34,345 nt of DNA from Dehalococcoidia bacterium. Lineage in GTDB: Bacteria; Chloroflexota; Dehalococcoidia; SHYD01; SHYC01. Below are positions 1-9,255 of the stretch, one piece after another. The stretch lies in assembly GCA_009693005.1 (NCBI GenBank), contig SHYC01000003.1:1-34345 (forward strand), in the 5' to 3' direction. A model generated the notes under the pieces. The model ran no database searches. It was not told where the DNA came from and saw nothing but the letters and a program-made list of their open reading frames with translations. Both the position numbers and the translations under genes were made by a program. Positions within the stretch are counted from its first letter, which is position 1. Each line of letters opens with the position of its first letter.

Positions 1-474
1 GCCCTTATCATAGAGCAGGTCCTTCCTGAACTGGAGGAAGAGACAAACCAGCTGCTTTCCCGGATGACAGACAACCGCATGACTCTCCGCTTCCAGACCC
101 AGCGCGCGGCCAGATCAAAGAGCGACAACATCATCGAGACTTTAGACATTATTATCGGAGACGAGCTGGGCACAAGAGCTTACGAGATGTTCAGCGGCGG
201 CGAGTCCTTCAGGATCAATTTCGCCCTCAGGGTCGCGATGTCCAAGCTCCTGGCGCGTAGGTCCGGAGCGCCGCTGCCAACTCTAATAATAGACGAGGGA
301 TTTGGGTCGCAGGACGGCCAGGGGAAGCAGCGACTGGTGGAAGCCATAAATGCCATACAACCGGACTTTCAGCGCATCCTGGTCATCACCCACGTAGAAG
401 AACTAAAGGACGCCTTCCCGGTACGAATAGAGGTGTCAAAAGGGCCAGAGGGATCCGCCTACACGATGGTTTGA
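1..474 (+). CDS. sbcC: SbcC/Rad50-like SMC-family ATPase, C-terminal part (5' end outside window)
   Basis: Frame is open from base 1 (ALIIEQVLPELEEETNQLLSRM...). Contains ABC signature FSGGE, Walker B LIIDEGFGSQD and the VITH switch His. Confidence 0.85.
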   Translation, partial: ALIIEQVLPELEEETNQLLSRMTDNRMTLRFQTQRAARSKSDNIIETLDIIIGDELGTRAYEMFSGGESFRINFALRVAMSKLLARRSGAPLPTLIIDEGFGSQDGQGKQRLVEAINAIQPDFQRILVITHVEELKDAFPVRIEVSKGPEGSAYTMV

Positions 475-478
475 GCAG

Positions 479-498
479 CGGTCGGGTTGTTCCGACCG
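479..498 (+). terminator. GC-rich hairpin immediately after sbcC
   Basis: CGGTCGG-gttgtt-CCGACCG perfect 7-bp stem. No strong U tail. Confidence 0.3.
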
Positions 499-672
499 AC
501 TGGTGGCTTCAGAGAAGGTAGGAGAGAGGGCTTAAAGCCTTTTCATCACGCCTGTTACCTCTTGGACCAGAGGATCAAAGGGTTTCAATTTATACTTAAA
601 ACTGTAAGTAGAATTGGACCAGGAACACTGATTGATTTTGTCTTGGGAGGCCACTGGACGGTTGGATAAACG

Positions 673-912
673 ATGAAGGCGGTAGCGGTAAAGGTTAACT
701 TTACGATCCCGGAGCAAGTGATTGAGGCATTAAAGGAACGGGTCCACGAGCAGGGGCGCAGCGCGGTTGTAGCTGAGGCCATCAGCGAATAACTAAAGCA
801 GCTTGAGCGGGAGCAACTCGTGAGAGACCTTGCTCAGGGTTGCGCGGAGAGACGAGAGGAGGACTCGGAAACTGATACTGAGTGGGAAGGTCCCCCGCTG
901 GAGGGCTGGTAA
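673..912 (+). pseudogene. Ribbon-helix-helix antitoxin-like gene with internal TAA (codon 40, 790-792)
   Basis: Manual translation MKAVAVKVNFTIPEQVIEALKERVHEQGRSAVVAEAISE*LKQLEREQLVRDLAQGCAERREEDSETDTEWEGPPLEGW*. Shows the RHH beta-helix-RS-helix pattern and an acidic tail with W, as in MazF-associated antitoxins. Confidence 0.65.
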
Positions 913-979
913 TGACGAAAGCTTCGAGGACACAATGGTGACTCGGAGAAGAGATAGAGGAGCGAATCCATCAAAATAT

Positions 980-1027
980 CGGAGATACGGTGAAATATAC
1001 GGGGTTGACCTGGAACCGGTTATTCCC
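980..1027 (+). pseudogene. N-terminal relic of a MazF/PemK-like toxin
   Basis: Encodes RRYGEIYGVDLEPVIP, resembling the MazF start R-G-E/D-I-Y-W-V-D-L-x-P. It lies just downstream of the antitoxin relic, and similarity ends just before the REP-like element. Confidence 0.5.
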
Positions 1028-1048
1028 TTGAAAATAGACGCCAACTTG

Positions 1049-1155
1049 CCGTTGCCTCAGGTTCTCGAAACGTGTCCTGAGCCTCGTCGAAGGGGCACCC
1101 GCCCGTCCTAGTTCGAGAGCCTCAAGGACCGGGCTATGCCCGTTTATTCTCATCC
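1049..1155. repeat. REP-like palindromic repeat, copy 1 (degenerate, with nested insertion)
   Basis: CGTTGCCTCAGGTTCTCGAA...CCTAGTTCGAGAGCCTCAAGGACCGGGCTATG aligns with 11371-11452. An extra TGTCCTGAGCCTCGTCGAAGG unit is inserted in the loop. Confidence 0.7.
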
Positions 1156-1309
1156 TTCGGTGTGGAGACGCAAGCCCCCATGCGGGATTGGTTCGGAGAT
1201 AGGAATGGCTTGACCTACATATGGGAGTACATGTGGTAACAAATGCCTACAAAATAATTGAAGAGACTCTTCCTTTGATCGAGTAAGATAGCAAGAATAT
1301 TGGGGATTT

Positions 1310-2062
1310 TTATGCCTTGATCTTCTTCGTAATCTCCCCTCCGGCAACTTCCTTCCCCTCATCAGGCGCAACCCCATTCGTACCAGCACCATTAACGCTT
1401 TCCGGCTGCACTTGCCCATTATTCTGTTGTCGATTACGCTTGCTAATAGGTGAGATAAAGAAGTAGTAGACTCCTATTACAACCGCAACAATCATGACTA
1501 TGATGGCGCCACCTAACTGGGAAACTCTATGGACAGTCTCCTCAATCAAGCCAAACTGTAAGCCTGCAAAGTAGCCGAGTAGCAGAAATGGTACTGCCCA
1601 CATCACAGTCCCAATAGTGGTATACAGTACAAACGAGTGGTAGTTCACCTCGAAAATCCCGGCTGCGAACGATATTACCGGCCTGAGTCCGGGGACCATC
1701 CGACCAAGTATGATCGCAAGTCCGCTGTGCCTCTGGAACCATCGCTCCAAAGTCCCCACCCTGGATGGACTGAGCCTGATGTACTTTCCGTATTTGAGAA
1801 CGACAGCGTGACCGCCATTCTTCCCCACAAAGTAGAGAAACGACGCCCCGCCCAGGCTGCCTAACTCAACGGCCACCATCGCGAGAGCTGGGTTAACGAG
1901 CCCGTTGAAGACATGATAGCCGGTAATTATCAGGATTATGTCGCCCGAGACAGGCAGGGGCAGCCCGGCTTCTTCAAGGAACACAAGCAGCAACACCGCC
2001 GCGAAGTTGTAAGTGCCAAGCAGGTTTATGATTGTACCGGGGACATCCTTCAAGAACTCCAT
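1310..2062 (-). CDS. DedA-family membrane protein
   Basis: FLEEAGLPLPVSGD motif, GRMVPGLR motif and hydrophobic segments. Confidence 0.9.
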   Translation of the reverse strand: MEFLKDVPGTIINLLGTYNFAAVLLLVFLEEAGLPLPVSGDIILIITGYHVFNGLVNPALAMVAVELGSLGGASFLYFVGKNGGHAVVLKYGKYIRLSPSRVGTLERWFQRHSGLAIILGRMVPGLRPVISFAAGIFEVNYHSFVLYTTIGTVMWAVPFLLLGYFAGLQFGLIEETVHRVSQLGGAIIVMIVAVVIGVYYFFISPISKRNRQQNNGQVQPESVNGAGTNGVAPDEGKEVAGGEITKKIKA

Positions 2063-2225
2063 AGGTATGGCCGCGCGCTCTCAGACGCTCCCTTCAGTGC
2101 TATCTTGATAAGAGAATACCTGTAATGAGCAAGTCGATCTAACAGGCTGGTTTTACCTCGTGCTGGCTCATCCTTCCATCTGCTTGAATTTTTAGGCCTA
2201 ATGCTGCGATGTTGTATTTCTTTTC

Positions 2226-2924
2226 TCAATAGGCCAGCGAGTCGACGATATCTTTAAGATCACTGTTTATACACGTGAATATAGGAGTATCCCTTAGGGT
2301 GTAGGAGCTGGACTCGGTATCTCTAAGCTCCATCACCAGGTCGAGGAAATCTGATGGACTGTCGGTCTCAAAGGCGAGCACGAACTCCTGGTCGTCCAGA
2401 CCATAGGAATAAGTGGTGTTGATCTTCACGGAGGGATACTTATGCCCAACCTGGAAATGCACGTTCATTATCCGCTGTCTTTCTTCCTTACTCAGAAGAT
2501 ACCAGGCCCTTGTCTTTACGAATGGGTACACGAAAAGGTACTTGGCCCCAAGTGCGACTATTCGATTCCGTGCCCCTTCCTGCCCCTCGTGCCGGTGAGA
2601 TCCCAGATACATCGACCGACGGGTCATTGCCAGGTAAGAATAGGGGGAGGACAGGTACCTGCCCAGGCCCGTGGACCTCAAGCGGCTTGCCATCTCCTGA
2701 ACAGCCTCCAGTTTGAAACCAGCGGTCCATATCAGGAAGTCGGTATCACCTCGCATACCCTGAAGATTATAAGTCCGTACCATCATATCATTGGCGAATT
2801 CCGCAACTGCTGCCTGAAACTCTTCCTTGTCGCGCTCTTTCTGCTCTTTCGGCAGCAACAGCCAAGGAGAGTCCACTTTATAGAAAGTGAACTTGACGTA
2901 CTGTCTTTGGCCTTCCTCTGACAT
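2226..2924 (-). CDS. Chlorite dismutase / coproheme decarboxylase (ChdC/HemQ) family heme protein
   Basis: YPFVKTRAWYLL...ERQRIMNVH (proximal His), SYGLDDQEF and RDTPIF motifs. AGGAGG RBS upstream. Confidence 0.85.
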   Translation of the reverse strand: MSEEGQRQYVKFTFYKVDSPWLLLPKEQKERDKEEFQAAVAEFANDMMVRTYNLQGMRGDTDFLIWTAGFKLEAVQEMASRLRSTGLGRYLSSPYSYLAMTRRSMYLGSHRHEGQEGARNRIVALGAKYLFVYPFVKTRAWYLLSKEERQRIMNVHFQVGHKYPSVKINTTYSYGLDDQEFVLAFETDSPSDFLDLVMELRDTESSSYTLRDTPIFTCINSDLKDIVDSLAY

Positions 2925-3103
2925 GTTACCTCCTAATCAAGGAACGAACGACACATCTTAAAATATCACATTCAGAATTTTAGAGTAGTCGCCCGATTTT
3001 AGCAACAAAAGTGACCGCCAGGAGATAAGTGGAATGACAGGCCGTGTCAACTCATACAGGCTTGTGAGCGACTCCTTCCGAATGCTATGATCTCTCCCAG
3101 GAG

Positions 3104-4312
3104 TTGCCCGTGGAACCGCTAAGCCTGTATCTGCATATCCCCTTCTGCACCGTAAAATGCCCTTATTGCGATTTTAACACCTATTCTCGCATTGAAGGAC
3201 TTATTCCCGCATATTTGGATGCCTTCCAGAGGGAGATACGCCGCTGGGGGTCGGAGGTTGGACGCGGCTATCAGGTGCAGACGATATTCTTTGGCGGAGG
3301 TACTCCCAGCTTGCTTACCGAGGAGCAGGTGTGCTCGTTACTGGAGACCTGCCACAAATCGTTTCTCGTGGCAGAGGATACGGAGATTAGCCTGGAGGCC
3401 AATCCGGAGACCGTAACCGAGGACTACATGCGCGGGCTTCTTCAGGCCGGCGTAAACCGCTTGAGCATGGGCGCACAGAGCTTCGACGAGGCTGAGCTAA
3501 AATGGCTGGGCAGGACTCATGGCAGCGAGACCATAATCATGGCCTACGAAGCGGCCAGGGCAGCCGGCTTCGAGAACATAAGCCTGGACCTGATATACGG
3601 ACTCACAGGCCAAAGTGCATCCACCTGGGAACGCACCCTGAGAAGAGCCATCCAGCTCCGACCAGACCACCTCTCACTATATGCCCTGACCATCGAAGAG
3701 GGCACTCCCTTTGGCAGGCAAGCGGCCCGGGGCCAGTTAAAACAGCCTGATCCCGACGCGGCCGCCGATATGTACCTGCTGGCAGCAGAGGCCCTTGAGG
3801 CGGAGGGCTACACTCATTACGAGATATCCAACTGGGAGTTTGGTGGACACGCCTGCCGTCACAACACCACCTACTGGGAGGACCGCCAGTATCTTGGCTT
3901 TGGCCCCGGCGCGCATTCCTACTTCGGCGGCTATAGGTTCTCGGACATCCGGTCGCCTCGCAAATACATCGAACGACTAGACCATTCCACCGGTGCAGAC
4001 CGTGACGCGGAACAAGGCACGCCGGGACTGTCCAACGAAGAGTCCATACGCCGGCTAAGCCCCATAGACATGATGGAGCATATCGACCGCGACATGGAAA
4101 TGTCAGAGACGATGGTGCTGGGCCTCCGCCTCGTGAAGGGAGTATCGAAAGAGCGCTTCAAGACCCGGTTTGGGGCAGCCATCGAGGAGATCTACGGCGA
4201 TGTTATCGAAGAGCTTAAGTCTCTGGCCCTGCTGGAAGAGGCAGAGGGTCACGTCCGGCTGACACCACGGGGCTGGCTCCTCTCCAACGAGGCTTTTGTC
4301 CGCTTTCTGTAG
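3104..4312 (+). CDS. hemW: Radical SAM heme chaperone HemW
   Basis: YLHIPFCxxxCxxCDF, GGGTPS, YEISNW and the HNxxYW HemW signature. Confidence 0.9.
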   Translation: MPVEPLSLYLHIPFCTVKCPYCDFNTYSRIEGLIPAYLDAFQREIRRWGSEVGRGYQVQTIFFGGGTPSLLTEEQVCSLLETCHKSFLVAEDTEISLEANPETVTEDYMRGLLQAGVNRLSMGAQSFDEAELKWLGRTHGSETIIMAYEAARAAGFENISLDLIYGLTGQSASTWERTLRRAIQLRPDHLSLYALTIEEGTPFGRQAARGQLKQPDPDAAADMYLLAAEALEAEGYTHYEISNWEFGGHACRHNTTYWEDRQYLGFGPGAHSYFGGYRFSDIRSPRKYIERLDHSTGADRDAEQGTPGLSNEESIRRLSPIDMMEHIDRDMEMSETMVLGLRLVKGVSKERFKTRFGAAIEEIYGDVIEELKSLALLEEAEGHVRLTPRGWLLSNEAFVRFL

Positions 4313-4351
4313 TTAGACAGAAAATGCTTCCTCTCTTATTCTTAGCTCTAA

Positions 4352-4564
4352 TTTTTGCCAGCCAGCGAGGATATTATTCAAGAAGCGAGGGCTACGCATA
4401 GGAGCATGGATTTGCCTGAGGACAATGTTATAGATGCCCTGGTCCTGGCAATAACCGCCAAACTCGGGTTTCAAGGACTAGAGACTCTGCCAAACATACC
4501 GTAGCGAGACTCTATAGGTCTACCAATGGAGATAGTGTATTATATGCAAAGATATACGAATTAG
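4352..4564 (+). pseudogene. C-terminal fragment of a DUF429-like protein with internal TAG (4502-4504)
   Basis: Manual translation ...EDNVIDALVLAITAKLGFQGLETLPNIP*RDSIGLPMEIVY... matches, from memory, the DUF429 C-terminal D-D-x-x-D-A-L...TLP...RD..GLPMEIVY pattern. Confidence 0.65.
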
Positions 4565-4579
4565 GATGGAAGACGCGGT

Positions 4580-5041
4580 ATGACTTTAAGACAAGGTTAT
4601 CGAGCCGATATAGTAATCCGAAGTTCGAATGGTAGCCCGATCTGCGTGGTCGAAATAAAGAACCTAAAAAATTTATCCCGCGAGGATGCTATGGAACTAC
4701 GAAGTAATATGATAGCAGCTGCTATGCTGACAAACGTTTCTTATTCAATGATACTCTCTCAAGACAAAGGGTTTTTATGGAAGGAATCAAAACAGAAAAA
4801 ACCTAACTCACCACCATTGTTGGAATTCCCGATGGATAATGTGGTTACGCGTTATTTACCTTATATAACCAAACAAAACCGACTAAGAGAAACTGAACTT
4901 GAGTTAATAGTGCTAGGATGGCTTAGCGAACTTGTTATTGCGCCTCCAGCAGCGGAAACTGAGCCCGAGAAATCCCTTGATTCGGTTGGCTTTCGACAAG
5001 CTATAAAACGCGCGAGGATAACAGCCGAGGATGCTGTTTGA
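4580..5041 (+). CDS. Hypothetical protein with PD-(D/E)XK nuclease-like N-terminus
   Basis: RADIVI...VVEIKN pattern. AT-rich sequence. Stop overlaps the start of the next gene (TTGA). Confidence 0.65.
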   Translation: MTLRQGYRADIVIRSSNGSPICVVEIKNLKNLSREDAMELRSNMIAAAMLTNVSYSMILSQDKGFLWKESKQKKPNSPPLLEFPMDNVVTRYLPYITKQNRLRETELELIVLGWLSELVIAPPAAETEPEKSLDSVGFRQAIKRARITAEDAV

Positions 5042-5646
5042 TTGTATATGTAGAGTCGAATTTTGTCCTTGAGATCGCTCTTGGACAGGAGCAGGCATTA
5101 TCAGCAGAGGCTATATTATCGATGGCGGAGGATGACAGCATCGATTTGGCCTTCCCTGCTTTTGCGTTGAGTGAGCCATTTTCAACGATTACGTATCACG
5201 GAGCGGAACGGCAGAAATTGCTTAGTTCCTTGAGTCAGGAGTTGGGCCAACTGGAGCGTTCAAGAGCACATCAGGAAGTCGTATCCTTATTGCGGCCTCT
5301 ACCAATAATATTAACTGAAATTCAGAAAATGGAAACAGACCGTCTTGAGTCCACAGTCGGCCAAATGCTCAAGGTTGGTCGGGCAATCAATCTAAGCGAG
5401 ATGAGCTTTCAACAAGCATTATTATATGGGGAAGATTATAGCCTGTCGCCTCAGGACGCGATTATTTATTCTGTAATCCTTGCAGATATTAAAGAGCATC
5501 CCACTCAAGAATTGAAATGCTTTATAAGCCGAGACAAAAAAGGCTTTACCCTGCCAGCTATCTGATCAGAACTGAGGATTCATAACTGCCAATTCCTATA
5601 CTCCTTTGATGATGCCTTATCGTTAGTTCAACACAGAGGAGTCTAA
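5038..5646 (+). pseudogene. PIN-domain protein with an in-frame TGA at 5563-5565 (frame continues to TAA at 5646)
   Basis: N-terminal VYVESNFVLE and LSPQDAIIY..FISRDKKGF PIN motifs. After the TGA the frame reads SELRIHNCQFLYSFDDALSLVQHRGV*, which looks like the natural C-terminal helix. Confidence 0.65.
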
Positions 5647-5688
5647 GACCATCTATTATCTATTACACACGAGGCCCAGTTATTACGC

Positions 5689-7551
5689 ATGTACGTAATC
5701 GGCACAGCAGGACACGTGGACCACGGGAAGTCGGCGTTGGTACAAGCGCTAACGGGCATCGATCCGGACCGGCTCCGGGAGGAGAAGGAGCGGGGCATGA
5801 CCATCGACCTGGGGTTTGCCTGGCTCGCTCTGCCCAGCGGCAGGTCTGTCAGCATCGTGGACGTGCCCGGACACGAGCGGTTCATCAAGAACATGCTGGC
5901 GGGTGTGGGCGGCATAGACCTTGCCCTGCTGGTAGTGGCGGCAGATGAGGGCGTGATGCCCCAGACGGTAGAGCACCTCGCCATATTAGACCTCCTTAGA
6001 ATCCAGCAGAGCGTAATAGTGATCACCAAGAAAGACCTGGTGGACGACGAATGGCTGGGACTGATAGCCGACGACGTCAAAGAAACGGTGGAAGGCACTG
6101 TGCTGGAAGACTCGCCCATAGTATCAGTCTCCGCATATACCGGGGAAGGGCTGCCGGAGCTTGCCGCCCTCCTCGACGATCTTCTTGCCAACGCTCCAGC
6201 CAAGAAAGATATCGGCAGACCGCGTCTTCCCGTGGACCGGGTCTTCACCATAGCCGGCTTTGGCACCGTCGTCACCGGCACGCTGATAGACGGCACACTC
6301 ACGGTTGGGCAAGAGGTTGAATTACTGCCTTCTCGCATCAAGACAAGGATCAGGGGCCTACAGACCCACCGGCAGAAAGAAGAGATAGCTCTTCCCGGCA
6401 CCAGAGTGGCCGCGAACCTGACAAACGTATCTACTGATGACATATCTCGAGGCGATATCGTCACCTATCCCGGATGGCTCAGGCCCACGCAGCACATGGA
6501 TGTCAGGCTGAGGTTGCTGGAAGACGCTCCCTATCCCCTGCGCCACAACGCCGGAGTCACCTTTCACACCGGCTCCGCGGAGGCTGACGCCAGAATACGG
6601 CTGCTGGAGCAGGTAGAGGTGCTGCCTGGTGAGACCACGCTGGCCCAGCTAAGACTTAGCAGCCTTGTCGCGGTCGCCAAAGGCGACTTGTTTATCATCA
6701 GGTCCACCGAATCGACCCTGGGTGGCGGCGAGATAATAGACCCCTACCCCAAGCGCCACAGGCTCCTGCACGAAGAGACCCTTCAGCAGCTAAAAGCCCT
6801 GGAGAGCGGCTCCCGACAAGAGGTCTTGCTTGGCTTACTGCACAAGGAGGAGCCTTGCAAAGCCTCGGCTTTGAGTAGTCTGTCCGGTACGCCTGAGCAC
6901 GATCTGATGGCAACTCTGAAACTCATGACGGATGACAGCCAGTTGGTGGTACTCACTCCCGGAGAGTTAGATCACAACTCCACACTTATCTCTCATGAGG
7001 GATGGTCAAAGATAGAAGACAAGATCATTACGACCTTGGAGGGCTACCACAAGCAGCACCCCCTGCGGAGCGGCATGCCAAAGAGCGAGCTGCGGAACCG
7101 CCTCCAGCTCAACGGTCAGGCGGCAGTCGAGACCGTGGAGCGCGCCGTAAAGGGAGGGCTTATAGCTGAGGCGGGAAATCTGGTGCGTTTGCCATCCCAC
7201 AAGATCTCCCTCTCTTCGCGTCAGGAGACTCAGGTCAAGGACTTCTTGAGCGCGTTGATGGCCAGCCCCTATAGCCCGCCATCAGATATAACTTTAGACC
7301 CGGAACTGCTTGGTATGCTCACAGAAGAGGGCCAGATAGTTCGTATCTCTGACAACGTGATCTTCGCAAGGGAAGCTTACGGCCAGATGGTAAACAAGAT
7401 CACCGATGAAATAAAAACAAAGGGCAAGATCACCGTCGCCGAGGTGCGGGACATGTTCAGCACCAGCCGGAAATACGCCCTGGCCTTACTTGAACATCTC
7501 GACGACGAGAAGCTAACCCGGAGAGTGGGCGACGATAGGGTCTTGCGGTAA
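5689..7551 (+). CDS. selB: Selenocysteine-specific translation elongation factor SelB
   Basis: GTAGHVDHGKS, ERGMTIDLGF and DVPGHE motifs, plus the C-terminal winged-helix SRKYALALLEHLD...RRVGDDR. Confidence 0.97.
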   Translation: MYVIGTAGHVDHGKSALVQALTGIDPDRLREEKERGMTIDLGFAWLALPSGRSVSIVDVPGHERFIKNMLAGVGGIDLALLVVAADEGVMPQTVEHLAILDLLRIQQSVIVITKKDLVDDEWLGLIADDVKETVEGTVLEDSPIVSVSAYTGEGLPELAALLDDLLANAPAKKDIGRPRLPVDRVFTIAGFGTVVTGTLIDGTLTVGQEVELLPSRIKTRIRGLQTHRQKEEIALPGTRVAANLTNVSTDDISRGDIVTYPGWLRPTQHMDVRLRLLEDAPYPLRHNAGVTFHTGSAEADARIRLLEQVEVLPGETTLAQLRLSSLVAVAKGDLFIIRSTESTLGGGEIIDPYPKRHRLLHEETLQQLKALESGSRQEVLLGLLHKEEPCKASALSSLSGTPEHDLMATLKLMTDDSQLVVLTPGELDHNSTLISHEGWSKIEDKIITTLEGYHKQHPLRSGMPKSELRNRLQLNGQAAVETVERAVKGGLIAEAGNLVRLPSHKISLSSRQETQVKDFLSALMASPYSPPSDITLDPELLGMLTEEGQIVRISDNVIFAREAYGQMVNKITDEIKTKGKITVAEVRDMFSTSRKYALALLEHLDDEKLTRRVGDDRVLR

Positions 7552-7674
7552 TAGACAGCTATTACAGACCTATGTTATATTTTGGAAACAGTGTATGCCT
7601 AGTAGAACATGCTGAGCATTACTACCGCCACTTATTGTCACTTAGATTTCACTTGCAAACTGGGGAGGTCAACG

Positions 7675-9186
7675 ATGGCTACTACTTGTCGCGATGAGGT
7701 TCTGGCCGCAGCCAAGGCAATCCTGCGAACTAGTGGAACGCACTTATTTAGTCCCCTGGAAATTGTTGAGTACCTACGAGCGAACGGTACTGATTATGCC
7801 GAGTCTACGATCCGCACCTACATAGTTTCTGTGTGCTGTATTAATGCTCCTCGGCACCATGCTACTAAATTTGCAGATTTTGAGCGGGTAGGCAGAGGTG
7901 TCTACCAGCTCGTTGTACGTGAAGCGCTCCAGACGATGGCTCCGGAGGACAACCCATACCACATGGCGCTGGCCCAGCTCAAGAAGGTAACTGATCACAT
8001 GGGCCTTGATGAGGGCATCGCGCAGATCCTTGCATCCCCTAAACGAGAGCTGACAGTCCACTTTCCGGTGCGCATGGACGACGATAGTATAAGAGTATTT
8101 ACCGGCTACAGAGTACAGCATAACATGGCAAGGGGGCCTGCCAAGGGCGGGATAAGGTACCATCCCGGCGTGAACCTGGATGAAATAAGAGCGTTATCCA
8201 TGTGGATGACTTGGAAATGCGCCTTGATCAACATTCCCTTTGGCGGCGCTAAGGGAGGGGTATGCTTCGATCCCAAAGCCCTGTCCTCAAAAGAGCTTGA
8301 GCGGTTGACCCGAAGGTATGCCTCAGAACTCTCTATACTAATCGGCCCGGAAAAAGATATTCCAGCCCCGGACGTAAACACCGACGATAGGATCATGTCC
8401 TGGTTCATGGACACCTACAGCGTTAATCAGGGTTACTCCGTGCCAGGGGTCGTTACGGGAAAGCCGGTCCATCTTGGAGGCACGGTAGGACGCGCCGAGG
8501 CTACGGGAAGAGGCTGTGCCATAATAGCCAGAGAATGCGCCAGGACTATAAAGCTCCCCTTTGAAGGCGCAACTGTAGTAGTGCAAGGCATGGGCAATGT
8601 CGGAGGAATAGCCGCGAAGACGCTGGCCCAGATGGGGTGTAAGATTATCGCGATGAGCGGCAGTTCCGGGGGAGTTTACTCGAATAAGGGTCTTGATCCG
8701 GACCGGGTGATCGCCTTCAAGAAGGGCCATGATTCCTTTGATGGGTTCCCAGATGCTGAACCCATTACCAACGCCGATCTTCTTGAGCTTCCCTGTGATA
8801 TACTTCTGCCGGCGGCCCTGGAGCGCGAGATAACCTCGCAAAACGCGGGCAGGATTGCTGCCAAGATCCTGGTTGAAGGAGCAAACGGCCCGACCACCCT
8901 GGATGCGGAGAGAGTCTTGCTGGATAAAGGCGTTTTTATCGCGCCGGATATTTTGGCCAATGCCGGCGGGGTGCTGGTCTCCTATTTTGAATGGGTACAG
9001 GACATCCAGGCGTTTTTCTGGGAGGAGGAGGTAATAAACCAGCGGCTCGAGCGCGCGATGGTCCGTACTTTCGCTGATGTTATAGAGACGGCATCCAGAG
9101 AGAAGCTGGACAATAGAAGTGCAGCTCTCCTGATAGCTGTCAAACGTGTCGCCGGTGCTATAGAAGCCAGGGGTATCTATCCATAA
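7675..9186 (+). CDS. gdhA: Glu/Leu/Phe/Val dehydrogenase (glutamate dehydrogenase), in frame with an ~80-aa N-terminal extra domain; GDH core starts at 7936
   Basis: GPAKGGIRYHP, GGAKGG, DIPAPD, QGMGNVG, EGANGP and NAGGV motifs. A GGGGAGG RBS precedes ATG 7675; no evident RBS precedes ATG 7936. Confidence 0.9.
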   Translation: MATTCRDEVLAAAKAILRTSGTHLFSPLEIVEYLRANGTDYAESTIRTYIVSVCCINAPRHHATKFADFERVGRGVYQLVVREALQTMAPEDNPYHMALAQLKKVTDHMGLDEGIAQILASPKRELTVHFPVRMDDDSIRVFTGYRVQHNMARGPAKGGIRYHPGVNLDEIRALSMWMTWKCALINIPFGGAKGGVCFDPKALSSKELERLTRRYASELSILIGPEKDIPAPDVNTDDRIMSWFMDTYSVNQGYSVPGVVTGKPVHLGGTVGRAEATGRGCAIIARECARTIKLPFEGATVVVQGMGNVGGIAAKTLAQMGCKIIAMSGSSGGVYSNKGLDPDRVIAFKKGHDSFDGFPDAEPITNADLLELPCDILLPAALEREITSQNAGRIAAKILVEGANGPTTLDAERVLLDKGVFIAPDILANAGGVLVSYFEWVQDIQAFFWEEEVINQRLERAMVRTFADVIETASREKLDNRSAALLIAVKRVAGAIEARGIYP

Positions 9187-9255
9187 GGGGCTAAGGAAGG
9201 CTAAGATCCAGTAGCTTGATAAGCCTCTATGCCATGAGCAGATGCAACTATTTGT

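Noticed and set aside
830-1111. 93-aa ORF as a real gene
   Set aside because: Chimeric read across the antitoxin relic, the MazF-like fragment and the REP-like repeat.
5643-6464. 273-aa minus-strand ORF and other long antisense/alternate-frame ORFs (e.g. 19681-20457, 27464-28276)
   Set aside because: Shadows of well-supported genes on the opposite strand, with no family motifs.
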